Below are positions 9,391-23,555 of a stretch of 64,000 bases of DNA, piece after piece (within the stretch, counting starts at the first letter, position 1; each line of letters starts with the position of its first letter). The position numbers and the translations under genes are program-made. A model generated the notes under the pieces. The model worked only from the letters and a program-made list of their open reading frames with translations. It searched no databases and was not told where the DNA came from. Origin of the DNA: an uncultured Gammaproteobacteria bacterium (GTDB taxonomy: Bacteria > Pseudomonadota > Gammaproteobacteria > UBA9214); the NCBI GenBank assembly GCA_963773065.1, contig CAVYZN010000005.1, positions 64,001 to 128,000 on the forward strand. The letters are read 5' to 3'.

Positions 9391-11289
9391 TCATGTCGCA
9401 CTGCGGCTCGAATGCCATTGGGTGTTGCCGATGGCAAGCCGCTCGAGCTTACGACGGCCTCCGTAGATCAGATTCACCATGGCGCGCGACACCATGACCC
9501 CGCTGAACATGGAGGTAACGATGCCCAGGCACAGCACGACGGCAAAACCGCGCACCGCTCCGCTGCCGAACATGAGCAGCGCGAGCCCCGCGATCAGCAT
9601 GGTGATATTCGAGTCGAGAATAGTGCCGAAGGCACGTTCATACCCGGCTTGGATGCTCGCCTGCGGCGTGTTGCCGTTGCGCAGTTCCTCGCGGATACGC
9701 TCGTTGATCAGCACGTTGACATCGATCGCCATGCCCACGGTAAGCGCGATGGCGGCCATGCCGGGCAGCGTCAGGGTCGCCTGCAGCATCGACAGCAGCG
9801 CGATCAGCAGAACCACGTTGATGCCCAGCGCGATAACCGCAGTCACACCGAAGACCAGATAGTAAATGATCATGAACACGGCGATCGCCGCGAAACCGAT
9901 CCATGTGGAATGAAAGCCGCGCTGGATGTTCTCGGCGCCGAGGCTCGGGCCGACGGTGCGTTCCTCGATAATCTGGATCGGGGCCGCCAGAGCGCCGGAA
10001 CGCAGGATCAGCGCCAGATCATGCGCCTCCTGCGGGCTGTCGAGACCGGTGGTCTGGAAGCGCTTGCTGAAGACGTCTCTGATGGTTGCCACACTGACCA
10101 CCTCTTCCACCTTCTTCGTGGACCTGACCGGCTGCCCGTCGACCAGGTTGGTTTCCGTCTTGTTTTCGATGAACACCACCGCCATGGGCTTGCCAACATT
10201 TTCCTTGGTAAACGCCAGCATCTTGCGCGCACCCTTGGCATCGAGCATGACGGTGACATTCGGGGTACCCGTTTGCGAGTCGAATCCGGAGCTGGCGTTG
10301 ACGATCTGATCGCCGGTCACGATCACCGACTTTTTCAGCAGGACCGGCTTCCCGTCTCGATGATGATAAATCTGCGAACCCGCCGGCACCTGCCCGGCCA
10401 GTGCGCGCTCCAGATCATGCTCGACGTCGACGGCGCGATATTCGAGCGTTGCCGTGGCGCCAAGTATGCGTTTGGCCCGGGCGGTATCCTGCACGCCGGG
10501 CAATTGGACCACCACACGCGAAGACCCCTGCTGCTGAATGATGGGTTCGGCCACACCCAGTTCGTTGACGCGGTTACGCAGTGTCAGGATATTCTGCTGC
10601 AGGGCAAACGTGCGGATCTCCTTGATCTCGCGTTCACTCGGCTTGACGAACAAGCCGTAGTTGCCGTTTTCCACCGCCAGTTCATCGCGCACCAGGTCCG
10701 GTAACTCCTTGCGGATCAGTGAAACGACGCTGTCCCGGTCTTCGGCGCTGCGGAACATGACGCGCACGCCAGCGTTCTCCGTGCGGATCTGGGTATAGTG
10801 TATCTTTTGCTCGCGCAGCAGCGAGCGTAAATCCCCGGCATAGCGCTCGATGGCCTGTTTGACCGCGGCGTCCATATCCACTTCCATCAGGAAATACACG
10901 CCACCGCGCAGATCCAGACCGAGATACATGGGCAGGGCGTTCAGCGACTGCAGCCATTGCGGCGTAGAGGGCGCGAGGTTCAGCGCCACCACGAACTGCG
11001 TACCCAGATCGGCCTTGATGAAATCCACCGCCTTCAACTGCACCTCGGTGGAGTTTAAGCGCACCAGAATCTGCTGATCGTCCGATTCGATACTCTTGTA
11101 GGCGATTCCGGCCGCTTTCAGCGTATTCACCACCCGCTCAGGGACTCCCGCCTCCAGCTTGCCGGCGCGTGCATTGGTTATCTGCAGCGACGGATCCTCG
11201 CCGTAGAGATTGGGCAGTGCATAAACGATACTGATGAGAAGAATGGCGATGATCAGGAGGTTCTTCCACAGAGGGTACTGATTAATCAT
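9391..11289 (-). CDS. secD: Protein translocase subunit SecD
   Basis: LGLDLRGGV, RNRVNELGVAEP, ERTVGPSLG. Confidence 0.97.
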   Translation of the reverse strand: MINQYPLWKNLLIIAILLISIVYALPNLYGEDPSLQITNARAGKLEAGVPERVVNTLKAAGIAYKSIESDDQQILVRLNSTEVQLKAVDFIKADLGTQFVVALNLAPSTPQWLQSLNALPMYLGLDLRGGVYFLMEVDMDAAVKQAIERYAGDLRSLLREQKIHYTQIRTENAGVRVMFRSAEDRDSVVSLIRKELPDLVRDELAVENGNYGLFVKPSEREIKEIRTFALQQNILTLRNRVNELGVAEPIIQQQGSSRVVVQLPGVQDTARAKRILGATATLEYRAVDVEHDLERALAGQVPAGSQIYHHRDGKPVLLKKSVIVTGDQIVNASSGFDSQTGTPNVTVMLDAKGARKMLAFTKENVGKPMAVVFIENKTETNLVDGQPVRSTKKVEEVVSVATIRDVFSKRFQTTGLDSPQEAHDLALILRSGALAAPIQIIEERTVGPSLGAENIQRGFHSTWIGFAAIAVFMIIYYLVFGVTAVIALGINVVLLIALLSMLQATLTLPGMAAIALTVGMAIDVNVLINERIREELRNGNTPQASIQAGYERAFGTILDSNITMLIAGLALLMFGSGAVRGFAVVLCLGIVTSMFSGVMVSRAMVNLIYGGRRKLERLAIGNTQWHSSRSAT

Positions 11290-11314
11290 GTTGTGATTTC
11301 CTTGTTACGGGATA

Positions 11315-11644
11315 TTACGATTCCTTGATCGTACCCTTGGGCATCAGGTTGGCGATGGCCTGGCGCTGTACCTTGACCTTCATACCCTCGCCGAGTTCCA
11401 GCTCCACGAAATTATCACCGACACCGGTGATGCGCCCGAGCAAGCCGCCATTGGTAACGACTTCATCACCCTTGGCCAGCGTCTCGACCAACTTTTTATG
11501 TTCCTTGGCCTTTTTGCTCTGCGGCCGGATCAGCAGGAAATAAAACACCACGAAGATGAAGATCAGCGGTAGAAAACTGACCAGCGGATCCGCCTGTCCC
11601 TGGGGGGCAGCCTGCGCCCAGGCATCAGCAATGGAAAAACTCAT
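11315..11644 (-). CDS. yajC: Preprotein translocase subunit YajC
   Basis: FYFLLIRPQ.K, GDEVVTNGG; synteny with tgt and secD. Confidence 0.96.
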   Translation of the reverse strand: MSFSIADAWAQAAPQGQADPLVSFLPLIFIFVVFYFLLIRPQSKKAKEHKKLVETLAKGDEVVTNGGLLGRITGVGDNFVELELGEGMKVKVQRQAIANLMPKGTIKES

Positions 11645-11740
11645 GACCGTTGTTTAACTCCCGTGAATAGTCTTGATTGGGTTTCTGGAAATAGCCTGCC
11701 GGACAGTAACACAGGCCGGGCCATGGCCAGCGGCCGGTTA

Positions 11741-13907
<2,167 letters not shown>

Positions 13908-13982
13908 GGCGCGCGATGTTATCACACAGACCAAACAGACGGCTTGCCCGCAAGCGGGGATTGCTTATACTAGCGTCCTCAT

Positions 13983-14069
13983 GCCGGGATGGCGGAACTG
14001 GTAGACGCGCCAGACTCAAAATCTGGTGGGGGTAACCTCGTGCGAGTTCGATTCTCGCTCTCGGCACCA
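13983..14069 (+). tRNA. tRNA-Leu(CAA)
   Basis: GCCGGGA/TCTCGGC acceptor stem, anticodon loop CT-CAA-AA, long variable arm, GTTCGA, 3' CCA. Confidence 0.95.
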
Positions 14070-14206
14070 CGATCGAGTCTGACGGGAATATTTCTTCATT
14101 GACAAGCGGTTCGAGAACAACAATGACAGGTTCCATTCCATCGCCGGCCTTTATTCCTGGCACACTTTGCCGCGCCTCTGGCACGATTTGCTAGCAAGGA
14201 TCATCC

Positions 14207-16765
14207 ATGTCAGGAACACGCTTCACTCTGGAAGTTCAACCCCGTATCCCGAAACCACTGAGACGTCTGGATGAACTTGCCAATAATCTCCTGTACAGCT
14301 GGGACCGGCAGGTACGCAGGCTGTTCACGCGGCTAGACCAGGATCTGTGGGGTTCCTGCGGCCATAACCCAAAAACATTCCTGCGCCGCGTCTCCCAGAA
14401 ACGCCTGGAAGAAGCCGCCGATGACCGGGTATTCATGGAGGATTTCAACCGCGTCCTTTCCGCCTACGATAGCTACCTGGGCCAGGGAACCCATCCCCTC
14501 ATCCAGGGCTATCTCGATCCCGAGCAGGACCTGATCGCCTATTTTTGCGCTGAATTCGGCTTTCATGAAAGCCTGCCCATCTATTCCGGCGGTCTGGGCA
14601 TCCTGGCAGGCGATTACTGCAAGGCCGCCAGCGATCTCGGCATTCCGTTTGTCGCGGTCGGCATACTTTACCGGCAGGGTTATTTCACCCAAACCATCGA
14701 TGCGCATGGCAATCAGCTCGCCCATTATCAGCCCACCGACTTCAGCGCACTCCCGCTTACCCAGGTCAACGATGGCAGCGGCAAGCCCCTGCGCGTGGCC
14801 GTCGATCTGAGCGGGCGCAAGGTGTATCTGAATGTCTGGCAGGCAAGGGCCGGTCATATCACCCTGTACCTGCTCGACAGCGATCTGGAGGAAAACCACG
14901 AGCATGACCGCATCATCACCCACCAGCTCTACGGTGGCGACAAGAACACGCGCATACAGCAGGAAATCGTCCTGGGTATCGGTGGCGTGCGGGCATTGCG
15001 GGCGATCGGCGTGCAACCGACGGTCTGGCACATCAACGAGGGACACTCCGCCTTCCAGATACTCGAGCGCTGCCGCGAGTGCGTACAGCAGGGACAGGAT
15101 TTTTCCACGGCGCTTGAAGTCGTCGCCGCCGGCACGGTATTCACCACGCACACGCCCGTCGCCGCCGGCCACGATATCTTCGATCACGGCCTGGTAAGCC
15201 ATTATTTCAGGGATTACATCCCGGAACTGGGTGTCGAGATGTATCGTCTGCTGGAGCTGGGCGCCACCCCCGGCAACCCGGGCAGTTTCAACCAGACCGC
15301 CTTCGCGCTGCGCGGTTCCAGGTACCATAACGGGGTAAGCCGCGTCCATGGCGGCGTCGCCTCCGAGATGGAGGGCTACATCTGGCCGCAGGTGCCGCAT
15401 GCGGAGAACCCGATCGGTTATGTCACCAATGGCGTTCATCTGCCCACGTTTCTGTCGCACGAATGGTCCAACCTTTACGACATGCGCTTTGGGCGCGCCT
15501 GGCGTGATGAACTGCTCAACGGCGAGTACTGGGATCTGGTCGATGAAATTCCCGACCACAGCTACTGGAGCCTGCGCCAGTCGCTGAAAAGCGACCTGCA
15601 CGAGAACATCCTGCGGCGCGCCCTGCGGCAATTCAGGCGCAATGGTTGCAGTGAGGCGCTGATGGAACGCCTGACGCGTTTGCTGCTCCCGGGGGAATCC
15701 GATATCCTGACGATCGGATTTGCCAGGCGCTTTGCCACCTACAAGCGGGCAACCCTGCTGTTTTCGGATCCCCCCAGGCTGAAACGGCTGCTCAACAACC
15801 CGGAACAGCCGGTACTGCTGCTGTTCGCCGGCAAGGCGCACCCGCATGACGTGCCCGGTCAGGAACTGATACGCAAGATACACGAGTTTTCACTCGACCC
15901 CGACTTCATCGGCAGAATCATCCTGCTGGAAGGCTATGACATGGCACTGGCGCGCAAACTCGTCACGGGTGTCGATGTCTGGCTGAACACGCCGGAATAT
16001 CCGCTGGAAGCCAGCGGCACGTCGGGACAGAAAGCGGCGATGAATGGCGTCATCAACCTCAGCGTGCTGGATGGCTGGTGGGCCGAGGGCTACAACGGTG
16101 AAAACGGCTGGGCCATCACACCGCACGCCCCCAATTTCGACGCCGTCTATCGCAACCACGAGGAGGCAAACGACCTGCTGGACCTGCTCGATAAACAGGT
16201 CATACCGATGTACTACGACCGTAATAGCCAGGGCTACTCGGAAAACTGGGTCAGGATGTCCAAGGCCTCGATGAAATCGTGCATTCCTAGGTTCAACGCA
16301 CAACGTATGGTTCGCGACTACATACACAAGTACTACGCGCCCGCCAGCCGTCAGAGCAGGCTCTACTGCGCCGACAATTACAAGGGCGCCAGCGAACTCG
16401 CGCAATGGAAGGCGCGTGTCAACCGTTCCTGGCCCGCCGTCTCCCTGCGGCGTATCGATGACGCGGCTAACTCCATCATGTCAGGTGACAGCCTCAACAT
16501 CCGGGTGGCTGCGGTATTGGGCGAATTAACCGCGGGAGATGTCATCATCGAATGCGTTATCGGAACCGAGAACGAACACGGCCTCTTCATGGAGCGCGAA
16601 CGCATCCCCTTCGAATCCGCCGGGAACAATGACAGGGGCGAAGCACTATTCGAACTCAACCTCATCCCGCCGCTTTCCGGATTGCAGTTCTACAAGTTGC
16701 GCATCTATCCGTACCACCGGCTGCTGTGCCACCGCTTCGAGACCGGACGTATCATCTGGCTGTAA
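14207..16765 (+). CDS. glgP: Alpha-glucan (glycogen) phosphorylase
   Basis: YSGGLGILAGD, HINEGH, ARRFATYKR, EASGTSGQK PLP site. Confidence 0.96.
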   Translation: MSGTRFTLEVQPRIPKPLRRLDELANNLLYSWDRQVRRLFTRLDQDLWGSCGHNPKTFLRRVSQKRLEEAADDRVFMEDFNRVLSAYDSYLGQGTHPLIQGYLDPEQDLIAYFCAEFGFHESLPIYSGGLGILAGDYCKAASDLGIPFVAVGILYRQGYFTQTIDAHGNQLAHYQPTDFSALPLTQVNDGSGKPLRVAVDLSGRKVYLNVWQARAGHITLYLLDSDLEENHEHDRIITHQLYGGDKNTRIQQEIVLGIGGVRALRAIGVQPTVWHINEGHSAFQILERCRECVQQGQDFSTALEVVAAGTVFTTHTPVAAGHDIFDHGLVSHYFRDYIPELGVEMYRLLELGATPGNPGSFNQTAFALRGSRYHNGVSRVHGGVASEMEGYIWPQVPHAENPIGYVTNGVHLPTFLSHEWSNLYDMRFGRAWRDELLNGEYWDLVDEIPDHSYWSLRQSLKSDLHENILRRALRQFRRNGCSEALMERLTRLLLPGESDILTIGFARRFATYKRATLLFSDPPRLKRLLNNPEQPVLLLFAGKAHPHDVPGQELIRKIHEFSLDPDFIGRIILLEGYDMALARKLVTGVDVWLNTPEYPLEASGTSGQKAAMNGVINLSVLDGWWAEGYNGENGWAITPHAPNFDAVYRNHEEANDLLDLLDKQVIPMYYDRNSQGYSENWVRMSKASMKSCIPRFNAQRMVRDYIHKYYAPASRQSRLYCADNYKGASELAQWKARVNRSWPAVSLRRIDDAANSIMSGDSLNIRVAAVLGELTAGDVIIECVIGTENEHGLFMERERIPFESAGNNDRGEALFELNLIPPLSGLQFYKLRIYPYHRLLCHRFETGRIIWL

Positions 16766-16790
16766 TGGCCGGCAGGGGCAGGCGACGGCT

Positions 16791-18302
16791 TTAGTTACGG
16801 GTGCGGCCGTAAAGCCGGACTAGCTGGCGCAGGCGCCCGGTGAGATCATCCGGCACCTGTTCCCAATCGAATCGCCAGTTCCAGTTGTTCCCGATCGTGC
16901 CGGGCGTGTTCATGCGGTGCTCGCTTCCCAGTTCCAGGATATCCTGCATCGGCAGGATCGCCAACTTGGCAACGGAGGCCAGCGCTGCACGTATCAGAGG
17001 CCACGGCATCCGCTCCGAGGGATCGCCCAGATACTCATTAACCGCTCGCCGTTGCGCATCGTCACACTTCAGGTACCAGCCCAGCGTGGTGTCGTTATCA
17101 TGCGTCCCGGTATAGACAACCGACTGTTGCACGTGATTGTGCGGCAGGTAGGGATTGTCCGCCCCCCCGCTGAAGGCAAACTGGAGTATCTTCATCCCCG
17201 GTAATGCGAACCTGGCGCGCAGCGCATCGACTTCGGGGGTTATGACACCCAGGTCCTCCGCGACCAGGGGGAGTTGTCCGAATTCCTGTTGCAACCGCGC
17301 GAACAATGCCTCACCGGGCGCCGCCACCCATCGGCCATGAATGGCCGTTTCCGCCGCGGCGGGGATCTCCCAGTATTTTTCAAACCCACGGAAGTGATCC
17401 AACCGGATAATATCGAACAATTCCAGTTGTGAGCGCAATCGCTCCAGCCACCAGCGATAATCATCCGCCATGATCCGCTCCCACCGATAGAGCGGATTCC
17501 CCCAGCGCTGCCCCGTCGCGGAGAAATAGTCGGGCGGCACGCCGGCCACGACATCGGGTTTTCCCGTCGCGTCCAGTGAAAAGAGGTCGCGATGGGCCCA
17601 GATATCGGCGCTGTCATGGGCGACAAAAATCGGTATATCGCCGAATAACGCGATGCCGTGTTGATGCGCATAATCGCGCACCGCACGCCATTGCGAGAAA
17701 AATACGAACTGTTCAAAACAGACCTGTTGCAGGGCCTCTCCCTGCGTGTCGCGGAACGCCAGCAACGCGGTGGCATCCCGGTCGCGCAGCGGTGCTGGCC
17801 AATCAATCCAGGAGGCCTCACCCTGTGACTGCCTGATGGACTGGAACAGGGCGTAATCATCCAGCCAGGCGGCATGTTGCCGCTTGAATTCGGCGAACGT
17901 CTTGCGGTCCCCTTCGTGCGCATGGCGTTCAAAACCCTTCCTGGCCTGCTCGAGGGCGGTATGCGAACGTTTCTCGCCCTGCTCCAGCCAGCCACGGGCG
18001 ACCAGTTCATCGGTACAGATCAGTTCGACATTGCCGGCGTGTACGGACATGCACTGATAGGGCGAACGGCCGTTGTGTGTCGGACCCAGCGGCAGGGTCT
18101 GCCACACGCTGAAGCCGCACTGTGTAAGAAAGTCGATAAAACGCAATGCCTTTGCCCCCAGGCAGCCGCCGGAGTGGCTGTCGGGCAATGAGGTGGGGTG
18201 CAAAAGCAGCCCCGCACGGCGCTCTTTCAATGGATAGGCCAAGGGAGGGGATCGGGTCTGTTCAGCTTGGTTGATCTTCCACAGTGTATTGCATGCCGCC
18301 AT
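16791..18302 (-). CDS. malQ: 4-alpha-glucanotransferase (GH77)
   Basis: GLLLHPTSLP, GVPPDYFS.TGQ.WGNP, RLDHFRG, AEDLG, YTGTHDNDT; start may lie near 18240. Confidence 0.95.
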   Translation of the reverse strand: MAACNTLWKINQAEQTRSPPLAYPLKERRAGLLLHPTSLPDSHSGGCLGAKALRFIDFLTQCGFSVWQTLPLGPTHNGRSPYQCMSVHAGNVELICTDELVARGWLEQGEKRSHTALEQARKGFERHAHEGDRKTFAEFKRQHAAWLDDYALFQSIRQSQGEASWIDWPAPLRDRDATALLAFRDTQGEALQQVCFEQFVFFSQWRAVRDYAHQHGIALFGDIPIFVAHDSADIWAHRDLFSLDATGKPDVVAGVPPDYFSATGQRWGNPLYRWERIMADDYRWWLERLRSQLELFDIIRLDHFRGFEKYWEIPAAAETAIHGRWVAAPGEALFARLQQEFGQLPLVAEDLGVITPEVDALRARFALPGMKILQFAFSGGADNPYLPHNHVQQSVVYTGTHDNDTTLGWYLKCDDAQRRAVNEYLGDPSERMPWPLIRAALASVAKLAILPMQDILELGSEHRMNTPGTIGNNWNWRFDWEQVPDDLTGRLRQLVRLYGRTRN

Positions 18303-18440
18303 CGCAGGGCGTTTTCCGGCCCGGGTGGCTGCCGGAATCCGCGTCTTCAGGCGGCATATCGACAGCGGCGCATCATGCTACCCGGCGTTAGGTTCCGCGG
18401 CTGGCGCATCTGCCGGCAAATACCGGCGTTCAGGCGTCTG

Positions 18441-19703
18441 TCAGCGGACAAAGTGGAATTCCTGGCCGAGCATTTCCGGCGTCACCAGCACCACGCCGTT
18501 GGGGGTGAGGTAAAAACGGGCTTCATCCTCTTTGTGATTCTCACCGATCACCATGCCGTCCGGTATCTCGCAGCCCTTGTCGATCACGGCGCGCTTGATG
18601 CGACAGTTGCGACCGATGCGGACGTTGGGGAGCGCGACGACATCCTGGAGCACGGTATACGACTTGACCCGGACATTGGAAAAAAGCAAGGAGTGGCGCA
18701 CCGTGGCGCCTGAAATCAGGCAACCGCCGGATACCATGGAGTCCACCGCCATCCCCCGCCGGTCATCATCGTTAAATACAAATTTCGCCGGCGGCAACTG
18801 CTCCTGGTAGGTCCAGATGGGCCATTCTTCATCGTACAGGTTGAGTTCCGGCAGTACCCCGATCAATTCCAGGTTGGCTTCCCAAAAGGCATCGACCGTA
18901 CCGACATCCCGCCAGTACGCGCTCTGTCCACTCTGCGACTCCCTGTAGGGGTAACTGAAAACGCGGTATTTCTTGATCATGCTGGGGATAATGTCATGGC
19001 CGAAGTCATGCGTGGAATAGGTCTCGTCGGCGTCCTTGATCAACTGTTCGAACAGGAAATGTGTGTTGAAGATATATATTCCCATGGAAGCCAGCGCCAT
19101 GTCGGATGATCCTGGCATCGGGTGTGGTGCGGCCGGCTTCTCGTTGAATTCAATAACACGGCCGCCTTCCTCTATCGACATGACGCCGAAGGACTTGGCC
19201 TGTTCGAGCGGGACCTCGATACAGCCTACGGTCATATCCGCTCCCCGTTCGACGTGGTGTGCGATCATGGGCCCGTAATCCATCTTGTAGACGTGGTCAC
19301 CCGCCAGGATCAGGACATATTCAGGCTTGTGTGTGCGGATGATATCCAGGTTCTGGTAAACGGCATCCGCCGTGCCGGCATACCACGAGGGCTCAATGCG
19401 CTGCTGCGCGGGCAGCAGCTCGATGAACTCGCCGAATTCGCCACGCAGAAATCCCCAGCCCTGCTGAATATGCTGGATGAGGGAATGCGCCTTGTATTGG
19501 GTGATCACGCCGATCATGCGTATACCCGAGTTCATGCAGTTGGAAAGCGGGAAATCAATGATGCGAAATTTGCCACCAAAAGGAACCGCCGGTTTGGCGC
19601 GCCACTGGGTCAGTTGCCGCAAGCGGGAACCGCGTCCTCCGGCCAGTACCAGCGCCAGTGTATTGCGTGTCAAACGGCTGACAAATCGATGAGTCTGCTT
19701 CAT
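18441..19703 (-). CDS. glgC: Glucose-1-phosphate adenylyltransferase
   Basis: [35 protein letters not shown]. Confidence 0.98.
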   Translation of the reverse strand: MKQTHRFVSRLTRNTLALVLAGGRGSRLRQLTQWRAKPAVPFGGKFRIIDFPLSNCMNSGIRMIGVITQYKAHSLIQHIQQGWGFLRGEFGEFIELLPAQQRIEPSWYAGTADAVYQNLDIIRTHKPEYVLILAGDHVYKMDYGPMIAHHVERGADMTVGCIEVPLEQAKSFGVMSIEEGGRVIEFNEKPAAPHPMPGSSDMALASMGIYIFNTHFLFEQLIKDADETYSTHDFGHDIIPSMIKKYRVFSYPYRESQSGQSAYWRDVGTVDAFWEANLELIGVLPELNLYDEEWPIWTYQEQLPPAKFVFNDDDRRGMAVDSMVSGGCLISGATVRHSLLFSNVRVKSYTVLQDVVALPNVRIGRNCRIKRAVIDKGCEIPDGMVIGENHKEDEARFYLTPNGVVLVTPEMLGQEFHFVR

Positions 19704-19880
19704 TGCTTGTGCGTAATTGTTTTGATCGGCGGTTTGAAATCAAACCTTCCGGGGTTGATGATTCGACAAAGCCGATATTGTATGGTTAAGCACATTGCCT
19801 GTATAGTTGCACGGCATTCTTTGTAAGCATTAATTCTGGTCGTACGACCTCTATACTCCGTGGCCTCGCACAGTTGACCG

Positions 19881-22112
19881 ATGGTGCAATCAGATTCGGA
19901 AGTTCACCCCTATCCCAAACTCTCCGCGGAGCTTCAACGCCTGCTGGATGCACGTCACCACGACCCCTTCAGTGTTCTGGGTCGCCACTACTCCAAAGGT
20001 CAGGATATCATCCGTGTGTTCATCCCGTATGCCGCCTGGGTACGCACCGTGGAAACCGGGGCGTCCCTGGAACGTATCGCCAATACGGACCTGTTCGAAT
20101 GGCAAGGGCAAGCCGGCAGCCTGCCTGAACGCTATCGGCTGATATGGCAGGACCGCTACGGGGTGGAGCATGTCGCCTATGACCCCTACTGCTTTCCCCC
20201 GCAGATTTCGGACTTCGACATCCACCTGTTCGGAGAAGGCAAACACTGGCACATCTACCGCATCCTGGGGGCTCACCGTAAACAGGCGGACGGCATCCAT
20301 GGCGTGCTGTTCGCCGTCTGGGCCCCATCGGCGGAGCGCGTCAGCGTCGTCGGTGATTTCAACGGCTGGGACGGGCGCGCGCACCCGATGCGTGCGCGTG
20401 GCGGCAGCGGCATCTGGGAGCTGTTTATACCCGGGCTGGACAGCGGCCAACCCTATAAATACGAAATACGCTGCCGGGATGATGGGAAACTCTTATTGAA
20501 AACAGATCCCTATGGACAACAATTTGAGCGGCGCCCAGCCACGGCCTCGCTCATACCCAAAGACGTCAGCTATGAGTGGCATGACAAACCTTGGCTGGAA
20601 AACAGGAGCCGGAGTGACTGGCGCCACAATCCCATCTGCATCTACGAAGTGCACCTGGGATCCTGGAAACGCGATGAACACGGTCATTTCCTGAATTACC
20701 GGACCCTGGCGCGGGAACTTGTCGAATATGTCGGGCTAACCGGGTTTACCCATATTGAACTGCTGCCCATCACGGAGCATCCCCTGGATGCTTCCTGGGG
20801 TTACCAGACGACGGGTTATTTCGCGCCGACCAGCCGGTTCGGCAGCCCGGACGATTTCCGCTACTTCGTCGATCTCTGCCATCAGAACAACATCGGCGTC
20901 CTGCTGGATTGGGTCCCGGCCCACTTCCCCAGGGACAGCTTCGGTCTGGCCCGATTCGATGGCAGCGCCCTGTATGAGCATCAGGACCCGCGCCGCGGTG
21001 AACATGCCGACTGGGGCACGCTGATCTACAACTACGGCCGCAATGAAGTCAGGAACTTTCTGCTGTCGAGCGCCATCTACTGGCTGGAGGAATTCCATCT
21101 CGACGGCTTACGGGTCGACGCGGTGGCCTCCATGCTGTATCACGACTATTCACGTGATAACGATCAATGGCTGCCAAACATCTATGGGGGACGGGAGAAT
21201 CTCGAGGCCGTCACTTTCCTGCGCGAACTGAACACGGTCACCCACAGCGCCTATCCGGGCACGATCGTGATAGCCGAGGAATCAACCGCATGGCCCGGCG
21301 TCAGCCGTCCGGTGAACTTGGGCGGCCTGGGTTTCAGCATGAAATGGAACCTCGGCTGGATGCATGATTCGCTGAACTACATGCAACATGACCCGGTGCA
21401 CCGGAAATATCACCACAACGACCTGACCTTCGGTCTGCTGTACGCCTTCACGGAAAACTTTGTCCTGCCCTTCTCGCACGATGAAGTGGTGCATGGCAAA
21501 CAGTCCATGCTCTACAAGCAATCGGGCGACGATTGGCAGCAGTTCGCCAACCTGCGCCTGCTGTACACCTACATGTACACCTCCCCAGGCAAGAAACTGC
21601 TGTTCATGGGCAATGAAATAGCCCAGGGACGGGAGTGGAATTTTGATGCAAGCATCGAGTGGCATCTGCTCGATTACGAATACCACCGCGGCGTACAGAA
21701 ACTGGTCAGCGACCTGAACCGGCTCTACAGGGAGATCCCGGCGTTGCACCGCTACGACTTCGTGTCGGAGGGTTTCGACTGGATCGACTGCAATGCGGCC
21801 GAACAGTCCACGCTCAGTTACATCCGCAGGGATGGCGAGGATGTCATCGTAGTCACGCTCAATTTCACGCCCATACCGCGTCATCAATACCGCATCGGCG
21901 TACCGGCGGCGGGCAATTACCAGGAACGTTTCAATTCGGACTCGGGTTACTATGGTGGTTCAGACCTTGGCAACCGCGGCCAGGTACATGCGGAACCCGT
22001 GCCCTGGGATGGTTATCCCTATTCCATCGCCCTGACTCTTCCACCCCTGGCAGGCATCGTTCTTCAGTACAGCAAGTACGCGCCTGACCCCAGGCCCAGC
22101 GCCCCCGCCTGA
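19881..22112 (+). CDS. glgB: 1,4-alpha-glucan branching enzyme
   Basis: [38 protein letters not shown]. Confidence 0.98.
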   Translation: MVQSDSEVHPYPKLSAELQRLLDARHHDPFSVLGRHYSKGQDIIRVFIPYAAWVRTVETGASLERIANTDLFEWQGQAGSLPERYRLIWQDRYGVEHVAYDPYCFPPQISDFDIHLFGEGKHWHIYRILGAHRKQADGIHGVLFAVWAPSAERVSVVGDFNGWDGRAHPMRARGGSGIWELFIPGLDSGQPYKYEIRCRDDGKLLLKTDPYGQQFERRPATASLIPKDVSYEWHDKPWLENRSRSDWRHNPICIYEVHLGSWKRDEHGHFLNYRTLARELVEYVGLTGFTHIELLPITEHPLDASWGYQTTGYFAPTSRFGSPDDFRYFVDLCHQNNIGVLLDWVPAHFPRDSFGLARFDGSALYEHQDPRRGEHADWGTLIYNYGRNEVRNFLLSSAIYWLEEFHLDGLRVDAVASMLYHDYSRDNDQWLPNIYGGRENLEAVTFLRELNTVTHSAYPGTIVIAEESTAWPGVSRPVNLGGLGFSMKWNLGWMHDSLNYMQHDPVHRKYHHNDLTFGLLYAFTENFVLPFSHDEVVHGKQSMLYKQSGDDWQQFANLRLLYTYMYTSPGKKLLFMGNEIAQGREWNFDASIEWHLLDYEYHRGVQKLVSDLNRLYREIPALHRYDFVSEGFDWIDCNAAEQSTLSYIRRDGEDVIVVTLNFTPIPRHQYRIGVPAAGNYQERFNSDSGYYGGSDLGNRGQVHAEPVPWDGYPYSIALTLPPLAGIVLQYSKYAPDPRPSAPA

Positions 22113-22172
22113 TCCGAACGGGAAACACCGGGGTGCTGCCTATCCTGGTCAATCAGGCTAAAATGTTTATTT

Positions 22173-22958
22173 ATGGGCACGACGCGTCAACCCGCCGTAG
22201 CAGGCTCCTTCTATCCCGCCGATCCGCGCAGGCTGCGCGCCATGCTGGAGGACTTGCTGAGGGAGGCCCGTACTGACCAGCCGGCGCCCAAGGCCATGAT
22301 CGTGCCGCATGCCGGCTACATCTATTCAGGCCCGGTTGCCGCGACCGGCTATGCACGCCTGCTCAATTCAGCGGACAACTATACGCGCGTCGTGCTGCTC
22401 GGGCCGGCCCACCGCGTGGCATTCCCGGGCCTGTCAGTCACCAGTGACACCTCCTTCGCCACGCCACTCGGCGAGGTGCCTGTCGATGAGGAGGCAATCT
22501 GCAAGCTTACTGGCCTGCCACAGGTAAAAATTCATAACGAGGCACAACGCCTCGAACACAGCCTGGAAGTACACCTGCCGTTTCTACAGGTCACGCTTGA
22601 AAACTTTACGCTGGTTCCACTCCTCGTCGGCGATGCCACCGCCGAGGAGGTATGCGAGGTGCTGGAACTGACGGCGTCTGATCCCTACAGCCTGGTAATC
22701 GTCAGTTCGGACCTCAGTCATTACCACGATTACCAGACGGCCATGCGCCTGGATAAAAACACATCACGCCACATCGAAGCGCTGGATTACGCGGACATCG
22801 GGTATGGACATGCCTGCGGGCGTAACCCTGTCAGCGGTCTGCTGCTCTACGCGAAACATCACGGACTGAAGGCCGAGACCCTCGATCTACGCAACTCGGG
22901 AGACACCGCGGGTCCGCGTGACCAGGTGGTGGGATATGGCACTTATGTTTTTGACTGA
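22173..22958 (+). CDS. amrB: AmmeMemoRadiSam system protein B (MEMO1 family)
   Basis: PAVAGSFYP, PHAGYIYSG, EHSLEV.LPF, SSDLSHY, ACG, VVGY. Confidence 0.93.
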   Translation: MGTTRQPAVAGSFYPADPRRLRAMLEDLLREARTDQPAPKAMIVPHAGYIYSGPVAATGYARLLNSADNYTRVVLLGPAHRVAFPGLSVTSDTSFATPLGEVPVDEEAICKLTGLPQVKIHNEAQRLEHSLEVHLPFLQVTLENFTLVPLLVGDATAEEVCEVLELTASDPYSLVIVSSDLSHYHDYQTAMRLDKNTSRHIEALDYADIGYGHACGRNPVSGLLLYAKHHGLKAETLDLRNSGDTAGPRDQVVGYGTYVFD

Positions 22959-23553
22959 GGATCGGCGGGAGTTCTCGTCGACAGTACAGGATCTACTCCT
23001 GCGCATTGCACTTGCATCCATCCAGTCCGGGCTCGAAACCAGACGGCCGGTGGCCATGAGGAACGAGGATTATCCTGGCATATTGTCAGACAGACGTTCA
23101 AGTTTTGTCACGCTGCAGGTGGGGGATAGGCTGCGCGGCTGCATCGGCTCGCTTGAGCCCTGGACGACCCTTGCCGAGGATGTCAGTCGCAATGCCTTTG
23201 CGGCAGCTTTCAGGGACACGCGCTTCCGGCCCTTGCAGGCAGAGGAGCTTTCCACACTGTCCGTACAGGTTTCCATCTTAAGCAAACCGGAGATACTTAA
23301 CGTCGACTCTGAAGCGTCATTGCTGGTGAAGGTCAGACCGGGAATCGACGGCCTCATACTGCAGGAACATGCCCGAAGGGGTACTTTTCTGCCCTCCGTA
23401 TGGAATTCATTACCGGAACCGGCCCAGTTTCTCGATCACCTCAAACTCAAGGCAGGTCTTCCCATTGACTATTGGTCGGAATCGATCAAGGTTTGGCGAT
23501 ATACCACCGAGTCATTCGCCGCGACCGTACCCTCGATAAGGGAAAAAGATTGA
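22945..23553 (+). CDS. amrA: AmmeMemoRadiSam system protein A (AMMECR1 family)
   Basis: FVTL, LRGCIG, AAFRD.RF, TFLPSVW, LKLKAG. Confidence 0.92.
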   Translation: MFLTEDRREFSSTVQDLLLRIALASIQSGLETRRPVAMRNEDYPGILSDRRSSFVTLQVGDRLRGCIGSLEPWTTLAEDVSRNAFAAAFRDTRFRPLQAEELSTLSVQVSILSKPEILNVDSEASLLVKVRPGIDGLILQEHARRGTFLPSVWNSLPEPAQFLDHLKLKAGLPIDYWSESIKVWRYTTESFAATVPSIREKD

Positions 23554-23555
23554 GA

